Program-made: the position numbers and the translations under genes
From: Octopus vulgaris
Lineage: Eukaryota
Assembly: GCA_951406725.2 (NCBI GenBank)
Contig: OX597820.1
Location: forward strand, 22,320,001 to 22,384,000
Direction of reading: 5' to 3'
Length of the DNA: 64,000 bases
Part shown: positions 25,379 to 39,440 of the stretch, piece by piece
Numbering within the stretch: position 1 is the stretch's first letter
How the letters are laid out: the number at the start of each line of letters is the position of its first letter
Notes under the pieces: model-generated
What the model was told of the DNA's origin: nothing
The model's database searches: none
Seen by the model: only the letters and a program-made list of their open reading frames with translations

Positions 25379-25864
25379 TTAAATAAACCCTTGAAAGTAT
25401 GATTAAATAAATCCTTGAAAGTGGTGACCAGTTTTGAGAGTAAAAAACCCCCCAAAAAAAAGCATGTAATAAGATTACTGTAACACCCCTCCACCCACCA
25501 CCCACCCCTACACACACTATGGTTGTGTCTTAAAAACTATTCCTGTAAAATCTTTACAGCCTTTCCAGACATCATAGATTTAATTACACTTGTCTCAATC
25601 TCCCCACTCACCCCCACTTAATCCCTCCTGTACCGGCTGCTGGGATGCTGGGAACAGTGCTTTTCATGGAGAAGTGGGCGGAGGTTGTGATGGTACAAAG
25701 AGGGAGCAGACAAACTCCCCTGTCAAATAAAATGAAATCACTTGTAGACTTTTTAACACTCTTGTTACCATATCTCTGTTGGAATACACACACCGCCTTT
25801 TTTTCAACTAATTTTGAAAATATGAAGAATCCAGTGAAATAACTTTATCATTATTAAGCTGGTA

Positions 25865-26103
25865 GACGGTGAGCTGGCAGAAACATTAGCATGCCAGGCG
25901 AAATGCTTAGCGGTATTTCGTCTACTGCTACGTTCTGAGTTCAAATTCCGCCGAGGTTGACTTTGCCTTTGCCTTTCATCCTTTCGGGGTTGATGAATTA
26001 AGTACCAGTTATGCACTGGGGTCGATATAATCGACTTAATCCATTTGTTTGTTCTTGTTTGTCCTCTCTGTGTTTAGCCCATTGTGGGTAGTAAAGAAAT
26101 AGG
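25865..26103 (+). mobile_element. SINE B (young, long-tail variant)
   Basis: Close match to the copies at 32670-33090 and 46940-47183. Confidence 0.85.
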
Positions 26104-26208
26104 TATTTTGGAACATAAATTATCATGAAATTTCAGTGAAAGGTTTTTCTGTATTTGATGGCATAAAAGATGCACAGGCATATTAGACACAGCCCAATTT
26201 CAGCAGTG

Positions 26209-26244
<36 letters not shown>

Positions 26245-27577
26245 TTGTCCATGCTGGTATGGATTGGGCAATTTGACCAGGGTTGGTAAGCTGGAAGGCT
26301 GCACCAGACTCCAGTCTGATTTGGCATGGTTTTCTACAGCTGGGTGCTCTTCCTAATGCCAACTACTCTGAGAGTGTAATGGGTGCTTTTACATGTCACT
26401 GGCACAGGTGCCATTTGCATGACACTGGTATCTGTCATGACTGATTTTGCTCAGCTTGATGGGTCTTCTTCCCAAGCACAGCATAATGCCAAAGGTCTTG
26501 GTCATTGCCTCTGTGAGGCCCAACACTCGAAAGGAACTCAGTCACTCTGCCACCATGAAGCCCAACACTGGAAAGGAACTTAGTCACTTTGCATGTTCAT
26601 GGAAAAATGATTTTAGTGCATTAAAGTATACCAGGAATTTTTTTCTATGCAGCAGTAAAGTTAGTTCTTTTATACAGAGATACAGTCTGGATACTTACCA
26701 AAAAGACCCAGAATCCAAGCTAAATTGATCTTACACCCAAATTAAACGATTGTACTACACTACCTTTGGATATCCTTGTTGCTTATTTTGATTATAACCA
26801 CCCCATTTGATTTATATGGATAATACCATACCAAATTCTGGTGCCTTTAACTTAAGTACCATATTCATCTGAATCTAAATTTTTGCTGAACTTATATATA
26901 TATATATATATATGTATACAATGGACTTCTATACAGGTTCCATCTATCAAATTCACCCACCTGGCATTGATCAACTCAGTACTATAATAGAAGACTCTTG
27001 CCCAAGGTGCTACACAGTGGGACTGAACCCAAAACCACGTGGTTGCAAAACAAACTGCTTAACCAAACAACCATGCCTGCACCTACCATGTAACCATGCC
27101 TGCTGTTACTGAAGAATTAATCAACTTCTAGACGTTTCTTCTCTTACATAATACACCATTATAGAATGTAATGAAATCATTCTGTGGAGGGAAATTATAT
27201 CTGGTTTTTTCACTGCAACACTTAGAAATATCATCTTACATAGAAATAACTCACTCTTCTTGAAGCAAGAGAGGGATGGCGGGGGGTGGGGAAGGGGCTT
27301 TCTTTCTCACTTTCTTTGTTCTTTAATCTAAATATGCCACTAATTTATGTCAAGAGGCACCTTATTCTTCGGTTAACATGGCTCTCTGTCATGACAGAAG
27401 AAAGAAAAGTTTGCTTGTCAGTCTCGCCTGATTAGTGAGTAGATTGGCTGACTGGTTCTTTGAAGTTGGAGTTACATATAGGGTGGGTGGCGGTTATTTG
27501 CTTAAACACTACACAGAACTTTGTCCCTTCCACTATAGCTTATATTAATATCACCATCATCAACAGTAGCAGCAGCA

Positions 27578-27962
27578 GGAGGTGCAATGGCCCAGTGGTT
27601 AGGGCAGCGGACTCGCGGTCGGAGGATCACGGTTTCGATTCCCAGACCGGGCGTTGTGTGTGTTTATTGAGCAAAAACACCGAAAAGCTTCACAAGGCTC
27701 CGGCAGGAGGTGGTGGTGACCCCTGTTGTACTCTTTCGCTCCAACTTTCTCTCATTCTTTCTTCCTGTTTCTTGTCCCCGACTTCCTACGCAACCGGCGA
27801 GCTTAGATGCGCATTCATCCATCCGTCGATGCTCTCGGTGTCGGGGGTTGACCTGCTTTCTCTTCTGCGGGTCTTACGAAAAGCAAAGGACCACGTTTCG
27901 AACTTCTCCCACTACAGACATGGGACGAAGACCGCTTCGCTCAACAAACAAACAAACAAACA
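27578..27962 (+). mobile_element. SINE C with a GC-rich tail unique in this window, ending (ACAA)n
   Basis: TSD agtagcagcagca and a tRNA-Arg-like head (gactcgcggtc). Confidence 0.85.
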
Positions 27963-27989
27963 AGTAGCAGCAGCAACACCATCAACAAT

Positions 27990-28152
27990 AGCGCAGGAGT
28001 GGCTGTATGGTAAGTAGCTTGCTTACCAACCACATGGTTCCGGGTTCAGTCCCACTGCGTGGCACCTTGGACAAGTGTCTTCTACTATCGCCACGAGCCG
28101 ACCAAAGACTTGTGAGTGGATTTGGTAAACAGAAACTGAAAGAAGCCCATCG

Positions 28153-28199
<47 letters not shown>

Positions 28200-28407
28200 G
28201 TATGTATATGTTTGTGTTTGTCCCCCCCAACATCACTTGGCAACCGATGCTGGTATGTTTATGTCCCCGTAACCTAGCAGTTCGGCAAAAGGGACCGATA
28301 AAATAAGTACTAGGCTTACAAAGAATAAGTCCTGGGGTCGATTTGCTTGACTAAAGACGATGCTCCAGCATGGCCGAAGTTAAATGACTGAAACAAGTAA
28401 AAGAATA
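27990..28407 (+). mobile_element. SINE A
   Basis: Full length. Confidence 0.9.
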
Positions 28408-28699
28408 ATAGCAACAACATCATCATTATCATCTTTTAACGTTGGCATGAGTTAAATGGTTTTACAGGATCTGATGGGTCTGGGGACTTCATTGTGCTTC
28501 AGTGTCTGTTTTGGCTTGGTTTCTATGGCTGGATGCCCTTCCTAACACCAAACACTTTGTAGAGTGTACTAGGTGCTCTTGTTTCATGCGGCCAGCGCTA
28601 GTGAGGTTGCCATGCAGCTTGTAATACTAAGATTGTTGCTGACTGAGTGGGGCTGCAGTAGAAAGAAAGGCAGCTTTACGATAGTAGATGAGAGGTTAA

Positions 28700-28966
28700 C
28701 CCTTTCGTTACCAACCCGGCTGAAACTGGCTCTGGCTTTGAATACAAATGTCTTTGTTTTCACAAGTTTTGAATTAAAATCTTCCACCAATCTTAGTCAC
28801 AATTTATATTCCTAACACTAGCTGGATGATCTGCCAGTCTGATCTGGCAGTGTGTTCTACAGCTGGATGCCCTTCCTAACAAAGTTATTTTACTAAATTC
28901 TTTGTTATATTTAAAGTAATTGGAAGAAACACAGAGCATCTCAACAGAAATACAATAACGAAAGGG
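28700..28966. mobile_element. piggyBac-type MITE F with small internal insertion
   Basis: TTAA|CCCTTTCG…CGAAAGGG. Confidence 0.8.
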
Positions 28967-29039
28967 GTAAAGAACAAAAGAAGGATGCTACATTAGTATT
29001 TATAGTAATATCTCATTTGACAAGGACCCAGGTTTACAA

Positions 29040-29530
29040 GTTTTTTTTTTTCAAGCACAAGACCCAAATTTTGAGCAAAGTGCAAAAGTTTCTACTGCCA
29101 TAACAAATGCTTCTGAATGTAATGAGAAATTTATAGAGAACAAAAAAGAAGCCTCTTCTAAGCAAATAACTCTAGACTTGTTTTTAAAATGAAATCTACA
29201 AGGGCTTGTGAATCAGCAATCATATCTACCAGTGATGGTGTGTGTGAGTCAAGTGCGAGTGAATGTGATTCAGAACACGATTATAATAATAATAATTTTT
29301 TCTTTTTTATAAATGATCTTGACACTCTTATTACTTTACATAAAATATTCTTTACATTCTACTGTTGTTTTATTGCCATTTATATATTTATGAGTATTAT
29401 AAATTTTACAGGTAAAATATTCTTCTGAGAATGAATGACTATTTATAATATTGTTAGTATGGAAAATTATTGCTCTGCTTTATGAGTTTTCCCTTTATGA
29501 GCAGTCTCTGGGAACAAAGTAACTCATACA
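29040..29530 (+). mobile_element. Tigger/pogo transposon 3' remnant
   Basis: QDPNFEQSAKVSTAITNA…KKEASSKQITLDLFLK resembles the Tigger transposase C-terminus (DPN-ER-KV…KK…QTSLD-FF). Confidence 0.65.
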
Positions 29531-29534
29531 TATT

Positions 29535-29719
29535 GGCGTAGGAGTGACTGTGTGGTAAGTAGCTTGCTTACCAACCACATGGTTCCAGGTTCTGTCCCAC
29601 TGCGTGGCATCTTGGGCAAGTGTCTTCTACTATAGCCTTGGGCCGACCAAAGCCCTATGAGTGGATTTGGTAGACGGAAACTGAAAGAAGCCCATCGTGT
29701 GTGTGTGTGTGTGTATGTA

Positions 29720-29772
<53 letters not shown>

Positions 29773-29838
29773 GTGTGTATATGTTTGTGTTTGTCCCCCC
29801 AACATCACTTGACAACTGATGTTGATGTGTTTACATGC
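29535..29838 (+). mobile_element. SINE A, 3'-truncated
   Basis: Head, CORE and microsatellite are present. Confidence 0.85.
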
Positions 29839-30298
29839 CTTCTACCTGGTTTCATCCACAAACCTTGAGTTGACCTAAGATTGTAATAAAAGACTGTTAA
29901 TCCATTTAGTAGAAAAAGAGAAAGGTAAATAAAGGAAGCTTCTGTACTACAATGCTTCAAGTAAACTACAACACTCTTATTAACACTCCAGTATCCTGAT
30001 TACTCTTTTAAATGTAAAGCTTATTTATTTGCATTGTTTTGAATCAATCAGGCATTGTCTTGTAGCTTTTAGATTTCGATAATGTGATTGTTTAATTTTA
30101 GAATGACATTGTAGGGTAGGTATGTGATGCCAGAACTGGCCAATTTGAAAATATAAAAAAAAAAAAAACGGGTAGAATATTTGAGCCAGATATGGCCAGT
30201 TTAAATACTAAAGGGTTATTTAAATTTTTAGCTGATTAACATATTACATGCAAATTAGAAAAAATACATTTCTGGTGAAACGACTGTTGTAATCAGTA

Positions 30299-30358
30299 CA
30301 GTTGATAGAGCATAAGACTCCTAATCTCAGGGTTGTGGGTTCGCACTCCATGTTGGGC
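30299..30358 (+). pseudogene. Degenerate tRNA-Lys(CTT)-derived sequence
   Basis: cagttgatagagcataagactcctaatctcagggttgtgggttcgcactccatgttgggc aligns with canonical metazoan tRNA-Lys(CTT). The 5' acceptor strand is missing and the anticodon reads CCT. Confidence 0.75.
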
Positions 30359-31662
30359 TTGATTCATCTTTTAATGGCAGTACCCCAGCATGGCCACAGC
30401 CCCTGGCTGAAACCATTAGTAATAGAATAAATTACTAGTAACTGAAAAATAAAGGGGATACTTTTCTCTGAAAAGGAGACAATACACTCTTAACCCTTTT
30501 TTTACCAACCCGGCTGAAACTGGCTCTGTGTTCCTAACACTAGCTGAATGATAACTAAGTTATTTTACTAAATTCTTTGTTATATTTAAAATTAATTGAA
30601 AGAAACACAGAACATCTCAAAAAAAATACGGTAACAAAAGGATTAAACTGAAGATTACTGGTTATTAACATTAAGCTGTTTTCTCATCAACCATCGTTTC
30701 ATAGCTTTCCAAATAACTGGCTGTAGATATGCCATTTGAAGGGTCTTCTAGCTATTTGGTGACCGCACTTGTGCCACATAAAAAGCACCCAGTATACTCT
30801 GTAAAGTGTTTGGGGTTAATAATTGGATCTTGGCACAGTCATCTAGCTTGCTAATTCCTGTTAAATTCTCCAACCCATACCAGCATGGAAACCAGATGTT
30901 AGACAATGATGATGGTCATCATCATCATTACGCCTACTTTATACAAATTAAACTAATATTAATCAGTGACTAATATTGTTTTTTTTTTTTCTTGTGACAT
31001 AATTATTTCCATTTAGCATCTTTAATGCTCCATGCATTAAATATGTTAACACTAAATTGTTGTTCTTCAAGACAATCATGTTTCTGACTAATTTATTTGC
31101 TAAACAATTGGCTGCTTTTTCTATGCTAACCAGTGTATGTTTTTGTCCATTTTACATAATGAGTCCTCCATATTTGCTGACAAGTGTCTCATACATAATT
31201 CTGTTCATTGCTTAAATTTTTCTCGTTAGTTTTATAACGTGCTCTGAATTAACCCTATTCATACCATATTTCAGTTGAAATACACTGCATTTATTTAAAT
31301 TAATTTAGAAAATAACGAAGAATTTAGTAAAATAACTTTGTCGTTATTAAGCTGCTATTTGGAGCATAAATTAGCATGAAATTTTGATGAGTGGTTTTAA
31401 TTTAGATTGCTTTAAAACAGGAAGTTTGTGTCACAGAATTAGGGGTTATGTTGATGCTAAGGGCTTTTTACTCTTTTACTCGTTTCAGTCATTTGACTGC
31501 GGTTATGCTGGAGCACTGCCTTTAGTTGAGCAAATCGACCCCAGGACTTATTCTTTGTAAGCCTAGTATTTATTCTATCGGTCTCTTTTGCCAAACCACT
31601 AAGTTACGTCACAGAATTAGGGGCAGTCTCAGGTGGGTTATGCTAATGCTATGGGTTATAAT

Positions 31663-31856
31663 ACTCTTTTACTTGTTTCAGTCATTTGACTGTGGCCATG
31701 CTGGAGCACCGCCTTAAGTCGAGCAAATCGATCCCAGGACTTATTCTTTCCAAGCCTAGTACTTATTCTATCGGTTTCTTTTGCCAAACCACTAAGTTAC
31801 GGGGATGTAAACACACCAGCATCGGTTGTTAAGCAATGTTGGGGTGACAGACACAA

Positions 31857-31897
<41 letters not shown>

Positions 31898-32063
31898 CAC
31901 GATGGTCTTCTTTCAGTTTCCTTCTACCAAATCCACTCACAAAGTTTTGGTTGGCCCGAAGCTATAGTAGAAGACACTTGCTCAAGATGCCACGTAGTGG
32001 GACTGAACCCGGAACCATGTGGTTGGTAAGCAAGCTACTTACCACACAGCCACTCCTGCGCCT
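31663..32063 (-). mobile_element. SINE A
   Basis: Full length. It is preceded by a duplicated MITE-end/tail junction at about 31425-31610. Confidence 0.9.
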
Positions 32064-32669
32064 AATGTTATGTTAATACTAACTTAACTATTGAGATTTA
32101 AGTATAATTTGGTTATTGTCACAATGCAGTGCCATTGAGAAAAGATAAACTACCAACCTCTCATTCAGATAGCCATCCATTTCCTCATATTGGATTGTAC
32201 ATCTGCATATCTGCATTCCTGGTTGTTTTTATTTGTTCCCCAACCCCTCGTCTAAAATAATGACCAGTCCCATTTTGCAAATGTGCTGTTGGTAATTTGG
32301 CAATTAGCAAGCTGTAAAACTATATGTTGGTGTTATATATAGCCAGAAAGACAAAGAAAATAGAGAGAACAAAAATAATGCATCTTCGCTATAAAACAAT
32401 GGATAATGGAGTAAAATGACCTCATTGAACTCTTGTGGTTCTATTAGTGCTGACAGGGAGATTTAGCTAATTATGACTAAAACAGTTATTTTGGTCTTCT
32501 ACTAGCTCTCTGTCTATTATGATGACAAGGGTTCTAACGGAACAGCCTACTCATGAAATTAATGTGCAAGTGGCTGAGTGCTCCAGAGACACATGCACCC
32601 ACAACACAGTTCTCAGGGAGATTCAGCATGGCACAGAATCTGACAAGACTGGCCTTTTGAAATACAGGT

Positions 32670-33090
32670 ACTTATTTCTTTGTTGCCCTCAGAGAGCTAA
32701 ACATAGAGGGGACAAACAAGGGCAGACAAAGGGATTAAGTCAACTACATCGACCCCAGTGCATAACTGGTACTTGATTTATCAACCCCAAAAGGATGAAA
32801 GGCAAAGTCGACCTTGGCAGAATTTGAACTCAGAATGTAACGGCAGACGAAATACCTATTTCTTAACTACCCACAAGGGGCTAAGCACAGAGGGGACAAA
32901 CAAGGACAGACAAACAGATTAATTCGATTACATTGACCCCAGTGCATAACTGGTACATGATTTATCGACCCCGAAAGGATGAAAGGCAAAGTTGACCTTG
33001 GCGGAATTTGAACTCAGAATGCAGCGGCAGACGAAATACCGCAAAGCATTTCGCCTGGCGTGCTAACGTTTCTGCCAGTTCGCTGCCTTT
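32670..33090 (-). mobile_element. Tandem SINE B copies nested in a SINE D-type element
   Basis: Direct repeat gccttttgaaatacaggtact on both sides (about 32652 and 33086). Confidence 0.8.
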
Positions 33091-33377
33091 TGAAATACAG
33101 GTACTACTCAATTTTGCCACTGCGTGAACTGGAACATTGTGAAATAAAGTGTCTTGCTCAATGATACAATGTGCTGCCATGCATTGAACTCATAACCTTA
33201 CCATCATGAGCTGAAAACCCTAACCACTAAGCCATGTGCCTTCTTGATCTTTAATGGTTTTAAATAGCTAATTAACAAATCGACCATGCAAGCAATAATT
33301 TTGTAGTGATCATTGCAGAATTATTGACATTTAGATAATTTGTGTGTGATAAAATTTAATTTTTGTGCACCTCATTA

Positions 33378-33847
33378 CCGTAAATTCTCAAGTATAATCC
33401 GTATTTTTTCCCCAAAAATTTAAAGGTCAAAATCCCTAGTGCGTACTATATACAAGGTTAAAAATGAAAAATATTTTCTAAGCAATGTCTGAATCTCTAT
33501 TTGCTGTCTGGCAATGTTTATTCAGACACATTTTGTGATGTCAGGCGCAAAAATACCTTAAGCAACATTTATTAGAATAAAAGTATTCAGAACACAGAAT
33601 AACATGTAACAAAAACAATTTGCAAACATATTTACATTCCTGTATAACAATTAAGAACATCACCATTATTGTATTACACATGCGCGGAGGTGTTTGTTTG
33701 ACTAGGTGCTGCTGGCTTCATTACATACGACTCAAGTTAGAGAAGGAGTGAGTATTATACACAAGGTTTAGGCTTTTCAGAAGTACAGCCCCCTAAAAAT
33801 CTCCTGCATATAATACTCAAGGGCGGACTATACTCGAGGATTTACGG
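33378..33847. mobile_element. Tc1/mariner-pogo superfamily MITE (470 bp)
   Basis: TA TSD and ~24-bp TIRs ccgtaaattctcaagtataatccg / cggactatactcgaggatttacgg. Confidence 0.85.
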
Positions 33848-34675
33848 TACTCTTTAAAGAGATTCCCCCAAAAAACCCCAATAAATCCTGTTTTCTCTTC
33901 ATACAAATCATCTAGATGTTATAGAGTTAACACAAAAAGCACGATGGGCCACGATCATGGCTCAGATAGATGCAGTTAATTTATGGGCGGTTTGTTGGGG
34001 GTCTAATGTCACTCAAATGCTCCAATACCCCCCAGAATGCAAGAGAACTAATAGTTCAACTAATGACTTTTCAGATGATGTAAAATTTTCCACCATTTTA
34101 TACTAAGAAGATATTTTAACTATTTTTTTGTGTTTTATTAGTACATGGTGGCTTCATTTTCATAAAATGTGCTCGGCAGTCCATGCTATGTGAGATATCA
34201 TCATCATCATTATTTCATGTCTGCTTTCCATGATGGTATGGGTTGGACAAGTCCTCACAATCTAAGTTACCTCTCTTTGGTAACCACTGCGTCCTGTATT
34301 AATACGCCATTCAGCTTGGTTCCTATAACTGGACAGCTTTCCTGTTGCCAACCACTTTCCAGAGTATATTTGTCTCTTACTTGTTCTAGTCATTAGACTG
34401 TGGCCATGCTGGGGCACAGCCTTGAAGAATTTTTGTCAAATGAATTAACCCCAGCACTTATTTTTCTTAAACCTGGTACTTATTCTGTCAGGCTATTTTG
34501 CTGAACAGCTAAGTTATGTAGACGTAAACACACCAATGCTGGTTGTCAAGCAGTGGTATGACAACACTCACAAAGGCACACACACACATACATACACACA
34601 CACATACATACACACACACATACATGCACATATATATATATATATATATATATCAATATATATATACAATAACAG

Positions 34676-35126
34676 TACCGCCTGATTGTCACCCATACCA
34701 GTGGTACTGATCGTTGCCAGTGCCGCCTGACTGGCTCCCATGACGGTGGCTCATAAAAACACCATTTCAGTATGGTCGTTGCCAGTGCCGCCTGACTGGC
34801 TCCTATGCCGGTGGCACGTAAAAAGCACCATTTGAGTGTGATTACTACCAGTGCCACCTAACTGGCTCCCATGCTGGTGACACGTAAAAAACACCATTTG
34901 AGTGTGGTCAATGCCAGTACCACCTGAGTGGCCCCTTGTGCTGGTAGCATGTAAAAAGCACCCACTACACTCTCTGAGTGATTGGCGTTAGGAAGAGCAT
35001 CCAGCTGTAGAAACCTTGCCAGATCAGATTGGAGCCTGGAGCAGCCTTCTGACTTACCAGCCCTCAGTCAAACCATCCAACCCATGCCAGCATGAAAAGT
35101 GAATGCTAAACGACGATGATGATGAT
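34676..35126 (+). mobile_element. Module E preceded by a ~60-bp minisatellite, inserted in a SINE A
   Basis: About 4-5 units of gttgccagtgccgcctgactggctcc…ggtggcacgtaaaaagcaccatttgag, followed by the E tail. Confidence 0.8.
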
Positions 35127-35964
35127 GGGCCTCTTTCAGTTTCTATCTACGAGATCCACTAACAAATCTGTTGTAAAATACACTTGGCCAAGGTGCCACA
35201 CAGTGGGGACTGAACCATGAACCATGTGGTTGGGACGCAAAATTCTTACCACACAGCCATGCTTACGCCCGAGTACCTTTTTTTTTTGTTTTCCTAGCAT
35301 ATATCACTACTTATTGTGTGTGTATGTATGCCTTTGTGAGTGTTTGTCATGCCACTGCTTGACAACCAGTGTTGGTGTGTTTATGTCTGCATAACTTAGC
35401 TGTTCAGCAAAAGAGCCTGATAGAATAAGTACCAGGCTTAAGAAAAATAAGTACTCAGGTTAATTCATTTGATTAAAATTCTTCTCGGCAGTGCCCCAGC
35501 ATGGCCGCAGTCTAATGACTAGAACAAGTAAGAGACAAATATACTCTTGAGAGGTTGAATAGCTCTTAGTGAGATAGGACTAGAGGGACCTCAGACATAG
35601 CTGTATTGTTCAGGAGCTTGCTTTATAACCAAGTGGTTTAGGGCCATAATTATAAATCAATAGTAAATCAATAAATAAAATGCAGAGAACCAATAAATCT
35701 TGTTTCCCTTGTATATTGATCATTTGGGTGTTACAGAGCTACGGTGTTATTTTGTGAAGTCATCATCGTCGTTTTTTTTTTTATGTTTTACTTGTTTCAT
35801 CCAGTGGACTGTGGCCATACTGGAGCACAGTCTTGAAGGATTTAAGGTGAACAAATCAACCCTAGTACTTTTGTTTTATTCTATTGGGGTCTTTTTCTGT
35901 GCTGAACCACTAAGTTACAGGGACGTAAACAAACCAACACTACCTGTCAAACAGTGAGGGGACA

Positions 35965-35998
<34 letters not shown>

Positions 35999-36130
35999 TG
36001 ACCCATCTAAGCATGGGAAAGTGGATGCTCAATGATAATATATATACATATTTATACATATATGTTCACACACATTCACACGCACATATATTTATACATG
36101 TATATGTGTGTGTGTATATATATATATATA

Positions 36131-36479
<349 letters not shown>

Positions 36480-37309
36480 CACAGGCTTCCACAGTTTCTA
36501 TCTACCAAGGTATTCTGCTTGGGCCAATAACGGAAGACATTTGCCCCAAGGTGGCTGCCTCATGGGACTGAAGTGAAAACCCACATGGTTACAAAGCGAG
36601 CTTCTTAACCACTCGGCCTTGCCTTCATTTATCTGTTTGCTAAAAGATGAAAAATGTGTAGCTAAGCAACTCCATATCAACCAGTCAGCTTGATTTTCTT
36701 TTTGGCTCATTGCCAAGCATTTTACAAAGTCACGCTGAGACTTTCATTGACAAATTACAGTGGAGTATATTTATTTCATTTAATGGAGATAATTTTCAGA
36801 GAATGAGAGGTGGGTGAAATTGAAGGTGTTATTACTGTAATCTCTGTGACATTCTAAAGTTCAAAATTGTTTAATAAATACCGAAGCAACCGGATATAAT
36901 TTTCATTACACCTGTTCATTGGCTGTCATAAACTTGTGCCAGTTGTTAACAGTCAGGACACCGTGATCTTCAAAAATTCCATGTTTCCCAAAATTTGCCA
37001 ATACAACTCTGGATGTGCCCATGTGCCCTTCCTTTTTATGGCTGTTTTAGTGTTTGCCTTTCTATCTGTTTGTGTTTCATTTTGTGTAAAGTGCATGCGC
37101 TTTTAGCTGTCTTTGTTGTCCTTCTTTGTTTCACTTATTGCAGCTTGCTGTCCCCTTTTTTCACCCTTTTCTAAAGAGTTGTAGTGCATCTGAGCACTGT
37201 ATCCAATTAAAATCATTAGCAGACTGGGCAAAATGCTTAATGGCATTTCATTGGCTTTATATTCTGAGTTCAAATTGTGTGGAGGACAACTTTGCCTGTC
37301 GTCCTTTCA

Positions 37310-38520
37310 TCATCATCATTATCATCATCGTTTAACGTCCACTTTCCATGCTAGCATGGGTTGGACGATTTGACTGAGGTCTGGCGAACCAGATGGCTGC
37401 ACCAGATTCTAATCTGATCTGGCAGAGTTTCTACTGCTGGATGCCTTTCCTAATGCCAACCACTCCGAGAGTATAGTGGGTGCTTTTACGTGCCACTGGC
37501 ACGAGGGCCAGTCAGGCGATACTGGCAAAGGCCACGCTCAAATGGTGCTTTTTATGTACCACCTGCACAGGAGCCAGTCCAGCGGCACTGGCAGTGACCT
37601 CGCTCGAATGTTTTTCACGTGCCACCAGCACAAGTGCTTGTAAGGCAACGCAGGTAACAATCAAACTCAAATGGTGTTTTTAACGTGCCATCGGCTCGGA
37701 GGCCAGCTTGTTGCTCTGGCCCCGATCTCACTCGTATAGTACTCTTAGCGCTCCACTAGCACGGATGCCAGTCATCGAATTTGATTTCGATAAGTACCAG
37801 TTGAATACTGGGGTTGATGTAATTAAGTAGCCCTCTCCCTCAAAATTGCAGACATTGTACCTATAGCAGAAAGGATTATTATCATCATTATCATTATAAT
37901 TATTAAAGCGGTGAGCTAGCAGTATCGTTAGTACACTAAATGAAATGCTTAGTGGTATTTTGCCTGTTGCTACATTCTGAGTTCAAATTCCACTGAGGTC
38001 AACTTTGCCTTTCATCCTTTCGGAGTCGATAAAGTAAGCCCCAGTGAAACACTGGGGTCAATATAATTGACTAGTTCCTGCCCCAAAAATTTCAGGCCTT
38101 GTGCCTATAGTAGAAAGGATTATTATTATTATTATTATTATTATTGAGTGAGAGAGCAGTGCATGCCATCAAAGTGACACTGGGATAAAATATACAAAGC
38201 CCAGTATACCCATTATTAATTTTTTTTCGCCCTATTCAAGCCTAGCCAGGCTCATGGGCCCAGTTTCCCAGTTTCTGTGGTGTATGTGTTCCCCCTAGCT
38301 GGACGGGACGCCAGTCCATCGCAGCATTACTCAAGAAACAGGGAGAGAGAGTGAGAGAAAGTTGTGGCGAAAGAGTACAACAGGGGTCACCACCACCCCC
38401 TGCCAGAGGCTCGTGGAGCTTTTTTAGGTTTTTCACACACAATGCTCGGTCTGGGAATCAAAACCACGATCCTCCGACCGCGAGTCCGCTGCCCTAACCA
38501 CTGGGCCATTGCGCATCCAC

Positions 38521-38556
<36 letters not shown>

Positions 38557-39269
38557 GGCAGAACAATTAGCACATTGGACAAAATGCCTAGCAGTATTCT
38601 GCCCATTGCTATGTTCCAAATTCAACTTCTGCCAAGATCAACTTTGCCTTTCATCCTTTCGGGGTCAATAAATTAAGTATTAGTGAAACACTGGAGTTGA
38701 TGTAATCAACTAGTCCACTTCCTTAAAATTTCAGAGCCTTGTGCCTATAGTAGAAAGGATTATTATTATTAAGATAGCAAGCTGGCAGAATTGTAAGCAT
38801 GCCACACAAAATGGTTAGTGGCATTTCATTTATCTTTACGTTCTGAGTTCAAACTCTGCTGAGGTCATCTTTGCCATTCATCCTTTCAGGGTCGATAAAA
38901 TAAGTACCACTTGAACACTGGGGTCAATGTAATTGCCTTAATCCTTCCCTGAAATAGCTGGCCTTGCACCAAAAATTGAAATTATTATTATTATTATTAC
39001 TGGCTCCTGTGCAGGTGGCACATAAAAAATACCATTTGAGCGGGGCCGTTGCCGGTACCGCCTGACTGGCCCTCTTGCTGGTGGCACATAAAAGCACCGA
39101 CTACACTCTCAGAGTGGATGGCACTAGGAAGGGCATCCGACTGTAGAAACTTTGCCAGATCAGATTGGAGCCTGGTGCAGCCTCTGGCTCACCAGTCCTC
39201 AGTGAAACCGTCCAGCCCAGCCTGCATGGAAAGCTGACATTAAACGACGATGATGATGATGATGATTAC

Positions 39270-39312
<43 letters not shown>

Positions 39313-39440
39313 TCGTCTTTGCCTTTCATCCTTTTGGAGGGGTGGTCGATAAATTACCTACCAGTGAAACAGTGGGGTTAATGTAATCCAATAGTCCCCC
39401 TCCCCCAAAATTTCAGGCCTTGTGCCTTCAGTAGAAAGGA
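37310..39440. mobile_element. Nested retroposon cluster (E+minisatellite, several B, SINE C 38240-38520)
   Basis: Recurrent modules separated by (ATT)n. Confidence 0.8.

Noticed and set aside
27578-27655. Functional tRNA-Arg gene
   Set aside because: It is a SINE head. The acceptor stem does not pair and it continues into the SINE body with a TSD.
27460-28017. 185-aa ORF
   Set aside because: It lies mostly within a TSD-flanked SINE.
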